Origin: Paraspadella gotoi
Lineage: Eukaryota > Animalia > Chaetognatha
Direction of reading: 5' to 3'
DNA length: 64,000 nucleotides
NCBI GenBank assembly: GCA_051294375.1
Contig: CM119270.1
Coordinates: 5,154,152-5,218,151, forward strand
Position numbers and translations under genes: made by a program. Positions 1 to 13,767 of the stretch are shown here, piece after piece. Under the pieces are notes generated by a model, which did no database searches, had not been told where the DNA came from, and saw only the letters and a list, made by a program, of their open reading frames with translations. The number at the start of each line of letters is the position of its first letter. Position 1 is the stretch's first letter.

Positions 1-865
1 ATAAGGTAAGGTAAGAATCGTTGAAGGGTTAGTGAGTTTGATCGGCGATCGAAAGTTAGAGAAGAAAAGAGGATTGAGATTAAGTTCGTTATGTTTCCTT
101 AGACTTGAACCTCGGCTTAGACAAGGACGTGGACTCCGACTTGGTCTTGGATCTTAGATCTTAGATCGGTTGAGTTTAAATAATCGTAATGACAGATTGT
201 CAATTGTGAGAGAACATTAATGGGAATTATTAAAAAGTTCAGGGATAAATGATTAAATGCCGACTGATGAGGAAAAAATTAATTTAAAAGTTTGCAAACT
301 TTCAACGAAGCAACAATCGGTTTGATTGAAAACTTAAGTTAAGCGAAACAATATTCACAATAATGAAAAAAAAAAACTGCCAGGAATTCCAAAAACTGTC
401 TTGTATCGAGACATTTATTTCAACCGGTTATCTAGATTCTTACTCGAAAAAGAAAATACGTCGACAGAATTGTTAATACACTATCAAATTAAATCAATCA
501 ATAAACGAATCAAGTCGATTAAAATGTTCGAGAATCTTTTCGTTTTTCGCGAATTCGACTCAAAACCGGTTGGACGTCAACCCTCCTCATTTTACGATAT
601 TTTTTTCTTTTTTTTATTATCGCATTTTCTTTCGCCTTCCAAACAAAAGATTAAAAGACATTCTTAAACTCTCGTCATTATCCATTTGTCACACAATTTT
701 ATCACCTTTGTTTTATCAGTTTCTTTTTATCACAAGATTTTCGCGCGCAAACAAGGCTCCAGTCACCCAGTTTTTTTTTTCCACTGTAAAGGAGACGCGT
801 GTGATTGAGACAAGCTAAAGTATTACCAAAAATAAAAGTATAATATTTATTTATTACTGAAAATT

Positions 866-868
866 AAT

Positions 869-949
<81 letters not shown>

Positions 950-950
950 T
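866..950 (+). repeat. (TTTA)n microsatellite; longer inverted twin at about 25015-25175
   Basis: Direct reading of the sequence. Confidence 0.9.
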
Positions 951-2813
951 CCCTTTATGACTGATTATTTTGTCTCAGTTTCCTCACTATTCATTAATGG
1001 CTTAATACAGTCATTCAATGATTCATTATTTAATTGATTGAACTCTACATAAATCAACATAATTACGATCCTTACAAAAATCTGATCTGCTCAGATTTAT
1101 ATACTTGAGACGAATTACGACATTTTTCCTTTCTAGTAAATCTCTCTAACTCCCCCCGGCCGCCCCGACGGCGACGATGGTTGTCGTTGAATGCTCTCGT
1201 TTGTGTCTTAGGACTCTTCGAATCTCGGATTGTCAGTACTCGTTTCGAGGTTTTATAGATTTATGTTATGGAACTATTATTATGTTTCGTTTCTTTGACC
1301 CTTCTAACGAATCGAACGCAAAGAACGTTCGCTCTCCGTCTGACAAATCGTCTCTTTCATTACGAATCCTCTTTTTTTTTATGTTTAGGCCGGCGCCATA
1401 CGACATGCGCGGGTTGTCGTTTTCAACACGCGTCGGTTAAGAGATTAAAGTACTGTCGGCTTGTCGGGTTTTATCCATTCAAATTTCAAACCGTCGCAAA
1501 AAAAGAAGAAGCCATCATAATATATTGATTCAAACAATAAAAGATTCTTTTGCCCTTCTTTCCGGCATTTTTTTTATTTACAGTAATTTCTTCTTAACTT
1601 TAGGTACAGTTATGTACCGCCAGGTGTGCAAATTTAGTTAAAAAGTGTAGTTAAAAAAAACTTGTGACATATGGATGTTCCGCGTCGTAAGCTGTTTGTT
1701 TACCGGCGTCGATTTGTTGACCGAAATTTATTAGAAAGTCGTAAAAACTTAATTGTAGGGAATCTTGTCTGCAGTTGTGGGTCTTGGTCTTATACCGTCT
1801 GCTGGTTTTTATTGCTAAAGAAATTCGCCTGGGTGGTTGTTTTCTCTTCAATTTGAGTCTCTATCCTAATTTTTTTTAAGTACTATGTTCTTTCCTTTTC
1901 CTTCCTTTCTTTCTGTTCTTTCTTTCCTTTCTTCGTCTTCTTTCTTTCTTTTCTTTTTTCTTTCTTTCTTTCTTTCCTTTCTTTTCTTTCTTTCTTTCTT
2001 TCTTTTTTTCTTTTCTTTCTTTCTTTCTTTGCTTCTTCCACTCAAGGCTTTCTTCAGCCCCTCTTCTCCTCGCCCTTATCTATTTCTCTTCCCCGCTGCT
2101 GGGGTAATTGCCGTTCCACCCCACCCTTAAGAATAAAGGGAAGGAAAGAATACGGGTCTCTCAGAGAGAAAGGAGACAGAGACAGACGACAGGAGACAGA
2201 CTGACAGAAGAGAGAGAGAGAGAGAGAGAGGAAACGAGAGAAAGGGGCATCGAAAGTTAGAGAGAGGAGAGAGAGAGAGAGATGAAGGAGGATAGCAATA
2301 AATTGCGAACAGAGGGAAGGGAGAAAACATACATTCAATTTTTAAACGGCGCCCGATCGAAAAATAAAAAAAAGATACAACACTCTCAAAAAAAATGAGA
2401 GGTGGGGAACTGATTTGACAGGATATCACCGGCCCAGCGAATCAAACTTTGGGAAAAAATATCTAATGATTTTAAAAACGAAAAATCTAAATCCAAGTTA
2501 TCCCTCTTCGTCTTTTAAAAATAGTTAATTTATGTCAAATGAACAGTCGTCCTTAGAGATCTAAATTCATTATGCGCACCTCGATCTCATTACCTACATG
2601 TTCATGTGCTCACTTTTTAATTTACTATTAATACAATTATACATACTATTTTAGGAAGCGGCAGCCTGCAATTATTTTCACGTCTAAATCGCAGATTCGA
2701 GATGACCTCACTCATGTCATCAAGTATTTCACAGGAGTTCAAAAAAAGATTCACCGAAAACACCGCAAGCAATTCGTATTTCTTTCTTTTTAAAACAAAA
2801 TTTTTATTTATTG

Positions 2814-2845
<32 letters not shown>

Positions 2846-2976
2846 TCACTTTTTTGGTTTTTGCTTACTAATGCTCGAATAAGCGAAGATATTTCGTTTC
2901 GCTTCCACAAAGTATAACTATTCACATTTCAGAGTTTCAAGATGCAATGAATTCCACAGGCAAAAAAATTCGGATT

Positions 2977-3022
<46 letters not shown>

Positions 3023-3053
3023 AGAGAGNNNNNNNNNNNNNNNNNNNNNNNNN

Positions 3054-4595
3054 GTCAGACTCGTTTCGAGTTTTAAATTTATTTATAACTATTATTAGTT
3101 TCTTTTCTTTGACCCTTCGAACGAATCGACGCAAAGACGTTCGTCTCCGTCTGACAAATCGTCTCTTTCATTAGATCCTCTTTTTTTTATGTTTAGCCGG
3201 CGCCATACGCATGCGCGGGTTGTCGTTTTCAAACGCGTCGGTTAAAGATTTAAATCTGTCGGCTTGTCGGGTTTTATGCATTCAAATTTCAAACCGTCGC
3301 AAAAAAAGAAGAACCATAAATATTTTCAAACAATAAAAATCTTTTGCCTTCTTTTCCGGCATTTTTTTATTTAATATCTTCTTTTAACTTTAGGTACAGT
3401 TATTCACCGCCAGGTGTGCAAATTTTAGATAAAAAGTGTAGTTAAAAAAATTGTACAAAGATTTTCGAGTCGTAACTTTTGTTTACGGCGTCGATTTGTT
3501 GACCGAAATTTATTAGAAAGTCGTAAAAACTTAATTGTAGGGAATCTTGTCTGCAGTTGTGGGTCTTGGTCTTATACCGTCTGCTGGTTTTTATTGCTAA
3601 AGAAATTCGCCTGGGTGGTTGTTTTCTCTTCAATTTGAGTCTCTATCCTAATTTTTTTTAAGTACTATGTTCTTTCCTTTTCCTTCCTTTCTTTCTGTTC
3701 TTTCTTTCCTTTCTTCGTCTTCTTTCTTTCTTTTCTTTTTTCTTTCTTTCTTTCTTTCCTTTCTTTTCTTTCTTTCTTTCTTTCTTTTTTTCTTTTCTTT
3801 CTTTCTTTCTTTGCTTCTTCCACTCAAGGCTTTCTTCAGCCCCTCTTCTCCTCGCCCTTATCTATTTCTCTTCCCCGCTGCTGGGGTAATTGCCGTTCCA
3901 CCCCACCCTTAAGAATAAAGGGAAGGAAAGAATACGGGTCTCTCAGAGAGAAAGGAGACAGAGACAGACGACAGGAGACAGACTGACAGAAGAGAGAGAG
4001 AGAGAGAGAGAGGAAACGAGAGAAAGGGGCATCGAAAGTTAGAGAGAGGAGAGAGAGAGAGAGATGAAGGAGGATAGCAATAAATTGCGAACAGAGGGAA
4101 GGGAGAAAACATACATTCAATTTTTAAACGGCGCCCGATCGAAAAATAAAAAAAAGATACAACACTCTCAAAAAAAATGAGAGGTGGGGAACTGATTTGA
4201 CAGGATATCACCGGCCCAGCGAATCAAACTTTGGGAAAAAATATCTAATGATTTTAAAAACGAAAAATCTAAATCCAAGTTATCCCTCTTCGTCTTTTAA
4301 AAATAGTTAATTTATGTCAAATGAACAGTCGTCCTTAGAGATCTAAATTCATTATGCGCACCTCGATCTCATTACCTACATGTTCATGTGCTCACTTTTT
4401 AATTTACTATTAATACAATTATACATACTATTTTAGGAAGCGGCAGCCTGCAATTATTTTCACGTCTAAATCGCAGATTCGAGATGACCTCACTCATGTC
4501 ATCAAGTATTTCACAGGAGTTCAAAAAAAGATTCACCGAAAACACCGCAAGCAATTCGTATTTCTTTCTTTTTAAAACAAAATTTTTATTTATTG

Positions 4596-4627
<32 letters not shown>

Positions 4628-4758
4628 TCACTTTTTTGGTTTTTGCTTACTAATGCTCGAATAAGCGAAGATATTTCGTTTCGCTTCCACAAAGTATAAC
4701 TATTCACATTTCAGAGTTTCAAGATGCAATGAATTCCACAGGCAAAAAAATTCGGATT

Positions 4759-4804
<46 letters not shown>

Positions 4805-4810
4805 AGAGAG
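3054..4810 (+). repeat. Tandem duplicate of about 1234-3028
   Basis: Apparently identical over the last 1.3 kb at offset 1782 (identical ORFs at 1885/3667, 2054/3836, 2617/4399). Both copies end in gagcagagag followed by 25 N. A third partial copy lies at 4836-5248. Confidence 0.95.
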
Positions 4811-6090
4811 NNNNNNNNNNNNNNNNNNNNNNNNNGGAAAAATGTTAAATGAATTTTAAACGAAACTAAAATCCAAGTTATCTCTTTCGTCTTTAAATAG
4901 TTAATTATGTCAAATGAACAGTCGTCCTTAGAATCTAATTCATCGCGCACGCTCATCATTTACATGTTCATCTCACTTTTTAATTTACGTATTCAATACA
5001 ATTATACTATTTAAGCAAATTATTTTCACGTCTATCGCAGATTCGAGTGACCTCACTCATTCGAAGTTTCAGAGTTCAAACCGCAAGCATTGTATTTTTT
5101 CTTTTTACAATTTTTATTGTTTTTTTTTTTTAATTTATATTTTTTGGTTTTTGCTTTACTAATTCGATAAAGCGAAGATTTCGTTCGCTTCCAAAGTATA
5201 ACATTCAGTTCAAGATGCAAATGAATTCACAAGAAAATCGGATAGAAGNNNNNNNNNNNNNNNNNNNNNNNNNNNNNNNNNNNNNNNNNNNNNNNNNNNN
5301 NNNNNNNNNNNNNNNNNNNNNNNNNNNNNNNNNNNNNNNNNNNNNNNNNNNNNNNNNNNNNNNNNNNNNNNNNNNNNNNNNNNNNNNNNNNNNNNNNNNN
5401 NNNNNNNNNNNNNNNNNNNNNNNNNNNNNGAGAGAGAGAGAGAAATTATGCGTCGCCAACAAAGGAAAGATTCAAATTGTACTGATGTTTATAATTGAGG
5501 CGATCAGAAAAGACGTACGTAAAGACACAACCCGACAGTACGATTTTTGAATGGCATAAAAAGAACCAGCAAAAGGATGCCCACGCATGTTGAAAAGATT
5601 TTATCTCCTGATATATGCATATATAAAAATAAATAATCGAAGAAACGAACCCTCCAAACAATCACAATCATCTAGTATAATGAAATAATTGATTCAAAAG
5701 ACCAACTAATAAAATCGAAGGAACCATAAGTTAGTTGAATACATATAAGAAATAATTGAATTATTAGATAAATAAAACATTTATAAAAAAGAAAGCAATA
5801 TATGTTTGAATAAATAATATAGATTAAATACTAAATCCTTCATAAAAATATTAAAATATTAAAATAGAAAAATAAAAAATAGTGAAACAAGTAATTTGCA
5901 AATTTTCATATATATATATATAAGAAAAGTCGAGGCCTGGTCAGGTCGAGATGGAAGTAGAGCGAAGAGCCGGAGCAGCTGAAGACCGATTAGGTGAAGA
6001 GGAGCTGAGAGAATGACCGACCCTCGAATCTCGCGCCGTCTTGGGTGGGAGAAGGTTACGGAGGGNNNNNNNNNNNNNNNNNNNNNNNNN

Positions 6091-6435
6091 TCCTTTTCCT
6101 CTCACCTCTCGATCCTAACGTCCACTTCGAGATCCAATGAATACTACTGAGTCGGCGAAATGAGCAGTACTACGATGAATTGCCATGGGACTTGGCCCCC
6201 CTCAGCCACGCTCAGCATCGTTGACCCATCTCCTCCTGAACCGAGCGGATTACACTGGACAGCCCTCCTCTCTTTTTTATTGTTAGGGAGAGACAGGCAG
6301 TCAGGGACATCAGAGGCTCCCCACCCATATTTTTTAGCCGGGCACCTATCTCCTCAGGCTCGACGCTAACGAAAACATTCGAGGGAGGTAAGGCAGAGAA
6401 AATATACGGGCGGATTTTTTGGTCGACTTTTTCAG
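6091..6435 (+). repeat. Noisy copy of about 28850-29135 (inverted relative to about 14020-14310)
   Basis: Anchors catcgttgaccc, tttttagccgggca and cgacgctaac are shared; starts right after a 25-N gap. Confidence 0.7.
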
Positions 6436-7947
6436 ACAAATAGGAAATGAGAAGGTGAACCTTCGAGACGTCACGTGATACAATCTTGACCACGTGACCT
6501 CAATTCGCGTTTGTTTGTTCGCTTTTAATCGAGGAAGACGAAGAGGACGACGACAACGACGACGACGACGACAAAGAAAGAATATAACGACGACAACGAC
6601 GACGGCGAATACGACGACGACAATCCTAAGTGTTTGCGCAGGTGGCGTCAGTGAGGATCCGACAGGGAAGGGTCCGCCGGTCAGTCGGTCAATCCCTCAT
6701 CCTTGTTNNNNNNNNNNNNNNNNNNNNNNNNNAAGAGAGAGATCCCTCTTTTACGAAGCGCCCATTTCAACTTTAATTTCAGTATTTTTTTTTAGGTTAA
6801 GTTTTTGGTTAGGTTAAGCTTAGATTAGGGATTGAAGTTTTGATTGAAGAAAAGGTTTAAGTTAAACAATGAAAGTCAGAGATAGGGAATCGGTTAGGGT
6901 TAGACGATAAGGTTGGGTTACAGCCTTCTTTAAAAAAAATATAAACTAGTAGATTAAGGTTAAAATCAAGTTTCAAGGATTAGCAATCTAAACAGAGCGC
7001 TCTCGGGAAAAAAGTTTCTTCTCTCTAAGGATCAATCTTTCGCTCCCTCTCGTCCATTCACCTCTACCTCCCTTTCCCCATTCCTTAGATTTTAACTTCC
7101 CTTTCAACCGCTATCAATTTCTCCTTTCTCCAAACCCTCATCAAATTCTTTTCCACCTCTCCCCCTTTCCTTTCCTTTTTCCCCACCCCCTTTCCTTCCC
7201 CACCCTTCACGCTTTCGAGACGGTGATCTTCTTCCTCTTGTGACTTCCGTCCTCGTCCCCCCCCTTTCCTCTCGGTGGGGGGGGGGCGGTGGGTGAACGT
7301 TTTTCGATGCTTTTTCACTTCATTATTTAATTCTTATCTCGATAATAATTTTGGGTAACTCGCCAAGGACTATATTTAGCTAAACGAAAGACATAGAGGG
7401 GAAAAAAAGGCTGTAACATTAATTTTAGTTGTAAAAAATGTAAATTTCGAGGATGAGTCTAAAAACGCTTCTGTCTAGCTCCTAGTAGGAATAATGACTT
7501 TTAAAATCGCTTCTATCTCGACTATAATTATATAGTAATATATACATATTTAATTCAAAGAATATTCGTTATTTTTCGGTGACCGTCAATGAAAAGTCAT
7601 AATAAATATTGGCCATCAATTGCCTGATTTCGTAAGTAGATTTAATTCAAGCAGTAAAGTTAACCACAGTTTGAGCAAACAATGTCGGACTCTGCCACGA
7701 TATTTTTAGCGTAAGATGTTTGAATATAATCGATATATATACTATATTATACTTTTTTTAATTTTCTTATTTTATTTTTAAATTTTATTTTTTAATTGTA
7801 TTTTTTATTTTAGGTCTTTAATTCAAAGATTTTGGCAGCTTTTTTCTATGATGCCACCTTGTTCTGTTCGTCTTTCCTATATTTATTGTAGGTTTTTAAT
7901 ATTTGATTTATATAGATTGTTTAGAACACATAAACCAATCCTTCCAG

Positions 7948-8035
7948 GCCTAATCCCTAACCTAATATGTTAATCCTAAGCTGAATCGCTGAACCATAAT
8001 CCTAACCCTTATCCTAATCTTTAAACCCTAACTTC
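7948..8035. repeat. Degenerate telomere-like (CCTAA/CCCTAA) tract; inverted twin at about 35045-35140
   Basis: cctaatccctaacctaa...cctaacccttatcctaa. Confidence 0.6.
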
Positions 8036-8599
8036 TACTCCTTAAAAGTTAATCTTTAATAATTAAAGAAGCTTGTTCGCTGGTCGACCGACTGAATCTA
8101 TAATTGGGCAAGTATGCCGTTTATATCAAATTCGATCGTTTAAATTAAAGCAAATCCTATGCTATTCAAATTTAGACTAGAAGTTAAAAAAGTGAAAGAA
8201 TTGGCATATAAGAGAAAAGAGCCTTTTTGGTCTCGTAAAAAAACAGGGGCGATGAAACTAGGTATCTTGTGATTAAGCAGAAAGGAAAGGGAGGGTCTAG
8301 TCAGGGGGAGAGCGAGAGAGCGAGAAGAAGAAGTCTAAAAGCGAGAGAGAGTGAGAGACATCCGTGTGAAAAGGCCGAGAGGTATTTTTCTTATTGACCT
8401 CCGTTAGGAAATTTTTTCTCATTTTTCTTTCATCCGCGAAAACTTCATCAAGTTTCCTTTCACGTTTCCCTTTTCAGTCTCTCTCTCTCTTCTCTGCTCT
8501 CTCTCGTCTTCTCTCTCCTCTCTGCTCTCTCTCTCTCTCTTCTCTCTCTCTCCTCTCTCCCCACTTTCTTTTTTTAAATTCTATCTTTTTTTTTTCACC

Positions 8600-8800
8600 T
8601 CCAATCTTATGAAGAACCGACCTGTGCGCCGCTTCTGCCGCCGCCGGCGCCGCCTCCGCTCGCCGAGCCTCCTGAGAGCCTCGCGCCTATTATAGAAGGC
8701 GTCCCATTCCCGCTGCCCGGCACCATAGGGGCGGCCTCGTCCTCAGCCGGGACGGGCGAGCCTCGTCGGCTCCCTGCGGCCGTCGGTCGCAACGTCCCTC
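8600..8800 (-). promoter_or_regulatory. GC/CpG-rich island, possible promoter with a short non-coding first exon (twin at 34240-34440, + strand)
   Basis: Sharp GC-rich island in AT-rich DNA, TATA/CArG-like CTATAATAGG at 8686-8695, GC box, and a CAG|GTCGGT donor-like site at 8621. Confidence 0.3.
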
Positions 8801-11800
8801 ATAATTTCGGGGTCCTCTACTGAAAAAGGCTTTCATTCGGGCTCGAGGCTTCCACTGAATGCCCTTTCCCCTCTTTTTATATATTTTTTAAGGCTTTTAA
8901 AGAGAGTGATTGAGAGAGAGAGAGAGAGAGCGGCCAAAGTCCTTTTGCAATCCTCCATTCGCTTTTTTGTTGCTCTTTTTCTTTTTTATTTTTCTCTTTC
9001 ACTTTTTTATCAACTTTCATGCGTGTATTTCTTCTCTCTCCCTCTCTTTTTTTTGTCCCTTTTGTCTATTTAGTCCATTTTGTTTCTTTAAATTTTTATT
9101 CTTTTCTCCCCTCCGCTATTTCCACAATTGGTTTTCTTCTCCCATCGCAAGTTAATTTGACGCAAGATACCATGGTTATTCGATGATGTCAGACACAGAT
9201 ATTAATTCGTGGGACATCAGAAGATTAAGCCGCACGATTTCGAGACTTTAATTTTTTTCCTTTATGACGCCGACGCGATGTCAAGCGACACCGAAACCGT
9301 TTCATCGTCACAAACATGTTGTTTCAGAAAAAAAACGTAGCAGAAACAGACTAAAAAATAGAAACAGTTAATGTCGATTTCCAATCTCAATAAGAAAACC
9401 GCCCCCCCAGGACCAAGTCGAGTTAAATTGTCAGTTCGACGCCTTCTTTAAAATAACATTTGACCTTTGACTCTAATGTCTGTCTCTCTGCTTTCGATGT
9501 CATCAGCATTCTCTGTCATTTTCCGGTCATCAAAACTAACGTAATGTCTTTGACGTCAACTGAAAAAAAAACAATTTTCTCGTTTGTTTATATCATTTGG
9601 GAAGGAGAACTACGCGAAAATAATAATGTCTGTCAACGCGGATTTTGAAAAATAAAAAAGAAAGCATTTTTTTTTATTATAGGACAAAACAAAAAAGGGG
9701 AAAAATAGCGTCAAAATGTGTTCGTATTTGTTTTTGCTCTGTCAGAAGAAACTTAAATCGAGTCGTTCAGTCTTTTGTTAATTTTTTTTTTTATATCAAA
9801 GTCAAACTTGAACTTGAACCGAGAAATGTTGATATTTTTTCATTGATGTTTATTTCTCCAGTCAGATTCGGACTTGGAGCTCTTTTCGTTCGAAGGCGTC
9901 ACCGCAATGGTCGGTTGTCAAAACAGAAAAGCGTCTCGTCGTTTCTAAAAAGAATTATTATATTTATTAATTATTTATTCATTGATCTTTATCTATTCTT
10001 TTTTAAAATATCTATGGTTCGTAACCAATGTTTGGTCAGAACGGATTCCGTCTGCATTTCAATATCAATATTAGAAGTCTTGTTTTCATTTGCTTTGCAC
10101 GACCTTTATTTTTTTTAATTCTAATAATAAATTAGTTTTAAGCATTGTGATTTCTCGAAGGAGGATTCCGGGACGAGGAACTAATAAGCCTTACCTTGCA
10201 ATCTTCACTCGACAAAACCTCAAGCTAGGTTGCTTAATTTTCTCTACTTTTCTCGCTACTTTTTATTTTTTGCTTATCTTCCAACGGATTTCTCTCTTCT
10301 CGTTCCGCTCTTGTTTGCAAACTGATTAACATTCATAGATCTCTCTCTCTCTCTGTCTCTCTCTCGTCCAGCTCTCTCTCTCATCTCTCTCTCTCTCGTC
10401 TCCCTCCTTCCTTCTTCTTCCCCTCTCGTCTCTTTCTCTTCTCTTCTTCCATCATTCCGTATTTTTCAGTCAGGGATGCAGAACGACGTAAGGACGTAAG
10501 CCAAGCAAATTGGGTCGGTTATGATAAACATTTGGGATATGTTTTTGAAATAATGTTTAATATAGTTGCGTTTTAATATTTAAATCTTAGTCGGATTTTT
10601 TTAAAAAAATTAAGTTATAATACCAATTACAGACATTGGGCATTTCAAACAATAGTGTAGTTTGAATTTCCATTTAACATATTACCTGAGGTTTTACAAT
10701 TAATATGTTTTCGTTTATTTAGATCTTAAAAAATATGTAACAAAGAATATTTTTTTTTAGAAAAACTTATCTTTTTTAAGACACAGTCACCAAAATCTTC
10801 ACTCAAATCTTAGTAGTAGCGGAGATTATAAAAAAAAATTTTCGGCCTTCAAAAGTTCCACCTCAAAGAAGCGAAACTTTCTATTGTCTTTTGTTTACGC
10901 CGCAAGGTTTCAATTTCCATTAGAATGCCACGTTTTCCGTTTCCTCAGACAAGTCGTGACATCGACGTGACAGCCCAGTGACAATTGGTGACACAATTCC
11001 GAGGTAAGAACGCCGATTCTCAGGAATATAGAAGACCGGCCCAGCGATGCAACGATAAATACACAAAAAAACCGGCATCCATAACTGATTTCTTCCTCCG
11101 CCTTTAATCGCACATTCAATTGCCATCGATCGCCATCAAATATTTCTTATTGCCATCTATTGCATCTGATCCACAAGTTGGTTCGAAAGAATACAAATAC
11201 AAGGCGAATTTCGATCTCTGGTTTGGTCGATTTCAAAGGATTCTTGGTAACTCGAAACTTTTCTTTTTTTCTTCTTTTTTTTTCTTCAGAATTTTTCCTT
11301 CCTTTCTTCCTTTTTCGCTTTTTTGGGGAAAAAAAAGAACGCAATTTAAAGTCTTGTTGAACAGAAATAATTAAAGTGTATTATTTTATTTTTACTTTTA
11401 TGTATTGCATACGATCGTCGTTTTTCTTTTTCCGTGATTTGATATTTTGAATATTTTTTTTTTCGCTTCGTTGCCAGTTTAAAAGATAAATTAATAGATT
11501 TCGTGCGTAACATTGTTACTTTTGTCATGAACTGGTAGAGATACTAGGCTTAAATTGTAAGCAATTCTTATTTCGCTATTCATTTCAGCCTGATTAGTTG
11601 ATCACATCTTCCTTGCATCAGAGATTACATCAGCAGTCGCATCTTTCCCGGCGGAATTGTCGTCGTTTGCTGTTGTCGTTTGTTGTTGTCCGCTCGCATC
11701 GAGCATGACGAGGGTCGAGCGAATCGGGGTCGTCCTCAGCGGTCGGCCGTCAACGTCCATCGGATGGGGCGGAGATTCGGGGCAGAGAAATGACTTGAGA

Positions 11801-13735
11801 ATTAGGAAGCAAAGCAAAGAAGGGGAATTGTTGCAGACGCTAGCAAGAGAGGGGCAAAATTAAAGGCGCATTCGGGGAAAGTCCCCGCAGGGAGAATATA
11901 TTGGTCAAATGAAAAACAAGTAGAGGGGAAAGTCGGAAGGAGAGAGAAAAAGCAAGCGAACGAGAGTTTTTTAAAAAGTATGAGAGAATTTTAACTAAGA
12001 GAGCGTAATTATTTAATTGTAGGAGAGTAGATTTAGGAAATTTTGATTATTTGCCAATTGGATTTATTGTACTTTGGTATTAATTTTTGTACTATTAGTA
12101 TCGAGTACCATTTGGGGAATAATGCAACAATGTTAAAACAGGGCACTAAATTAAAACTAAAACGAATTTATTTAAGGCGATGATAGAGGCGATGTAGTTT
12201 TATAAAAAGAGAAATGGGTATCCTCGCGGTCAAATCCAAACATCGAGTAGCGAGGGCGAAAATGAGAGCGGCCCCAATGGGTTGGGAAAAGAACTGGGAG
12301 TGTGGATCAAAAGAAAGTATGCGAGGGAGGCGTGAGGGATGTATGGGGGTGAATTTGATTGGGCTATGAGAGTTGGGGCTGTCTTAAAAGTTAAAGGGCC
12401 CCCGTATTTGAGACTTTAACGAAATGAACACTGTTGTATGAGCGGATGGCATTTGAAGCTGTGAGTTTGACAATTGGACATTGATATTGAAATTGACATT
12501 AAAAACGGGGTCGCAATGAACGGTGAAGGCGGATGGGTCGCGTGGGCTGACCGGGGGGGGGGAGGATGACGAGCGGGGGGCAACCGACTATAGTCGTTCT
12601 GGGCTCGATAGCGATGGCCTGTATATTTTCGTCATCCACCCTAACACAAGCTCTTATAGTGTAGTCGTTCTGGCTCGATATGCGAGGCCTGTGATATTTT
12701 TCCGTCATCACCCTACTCAGCTCTTATAGTGGGGGGGACTGTCGATTGACCGAATTGGCTCCAGATCTACGCGGGCGAGATCCGAATCTGGGATTTTCAC
12801 TTCCGTCAGGGAATCGCTACATCATAGATTTCGTCTCGGTTTTCGTCGGGTTTCGACGACCGGGCGTCTGAGCACGGCGAGCACGTTTTCTTTCTCTTCG
12901 TGGCGGGCGAGATGGAGATGTAGTCATTGTACGCCAGGCGTCGGGACGTTTCGGCGGGCGGGGAATGGAGTATGGGGTGGAGAGGGTTTTTGGCAGCAGG
13001 CTTTATTTTTCTTTAACCCCTATTTTCGTCGGAGATTCGGAAAGAAAATGAATGTCGTGAGATGATAGCGATATGAATGAATCATCATTAGATATTTAAT
13101 GCGAAATGGAAATAAAAAGCCAAAAAAATTTTCGTGTTTAAACCTCATTAGTTTTAAAGTCTTCAGTTGGAAGTAAACAAACAACTGCCTCACAAGAAAC
13201 TATTATTGTGTTTATTAATTAAGAACCGATTCTTAGTAAAGAAGAATATCTGATGTGAGCCGAAGATTGGGTCTGATATTAATGTATTGTATTGTATTGA
13301 CAGAAAATGTTTCATAGATTACGTATAGTATAATATATTTTAAACTCCATCAAATTAATGATAATTTTTATTTTAATTTTCGAACTGTCATATTCTTTCG
13401 ATTTTCGATTAAACAGAGCATAAATGTATAATCTTGTTCTACCGGAAAAGTTCTCTAAAGGATGCTTGCTGTATGAGTGAAGAAAATTTACCTTGCATGC
13501 AAAATTCCCTATTTTTTTTCCCAAATATTCAATCATAACAAGATCCTTCGATTCCTAACGTTAACTTGCGATTCCTGCTGTATAGTTTTATTTTTTATGT
13601 TATTGCTGGTTGTTGTTCTTGTAGTTTCTCTTCGTTTTTTTGTCAATCACAGTTATGGCTCTTTCACCCAAACGAACCAAGTGTTGATTCAGATGTGAAG
13701 TCCTTAACGGATTGGGGAGAGAGAGAGAGAAACGG

Positions 13736-13767
<32 letters not shown>

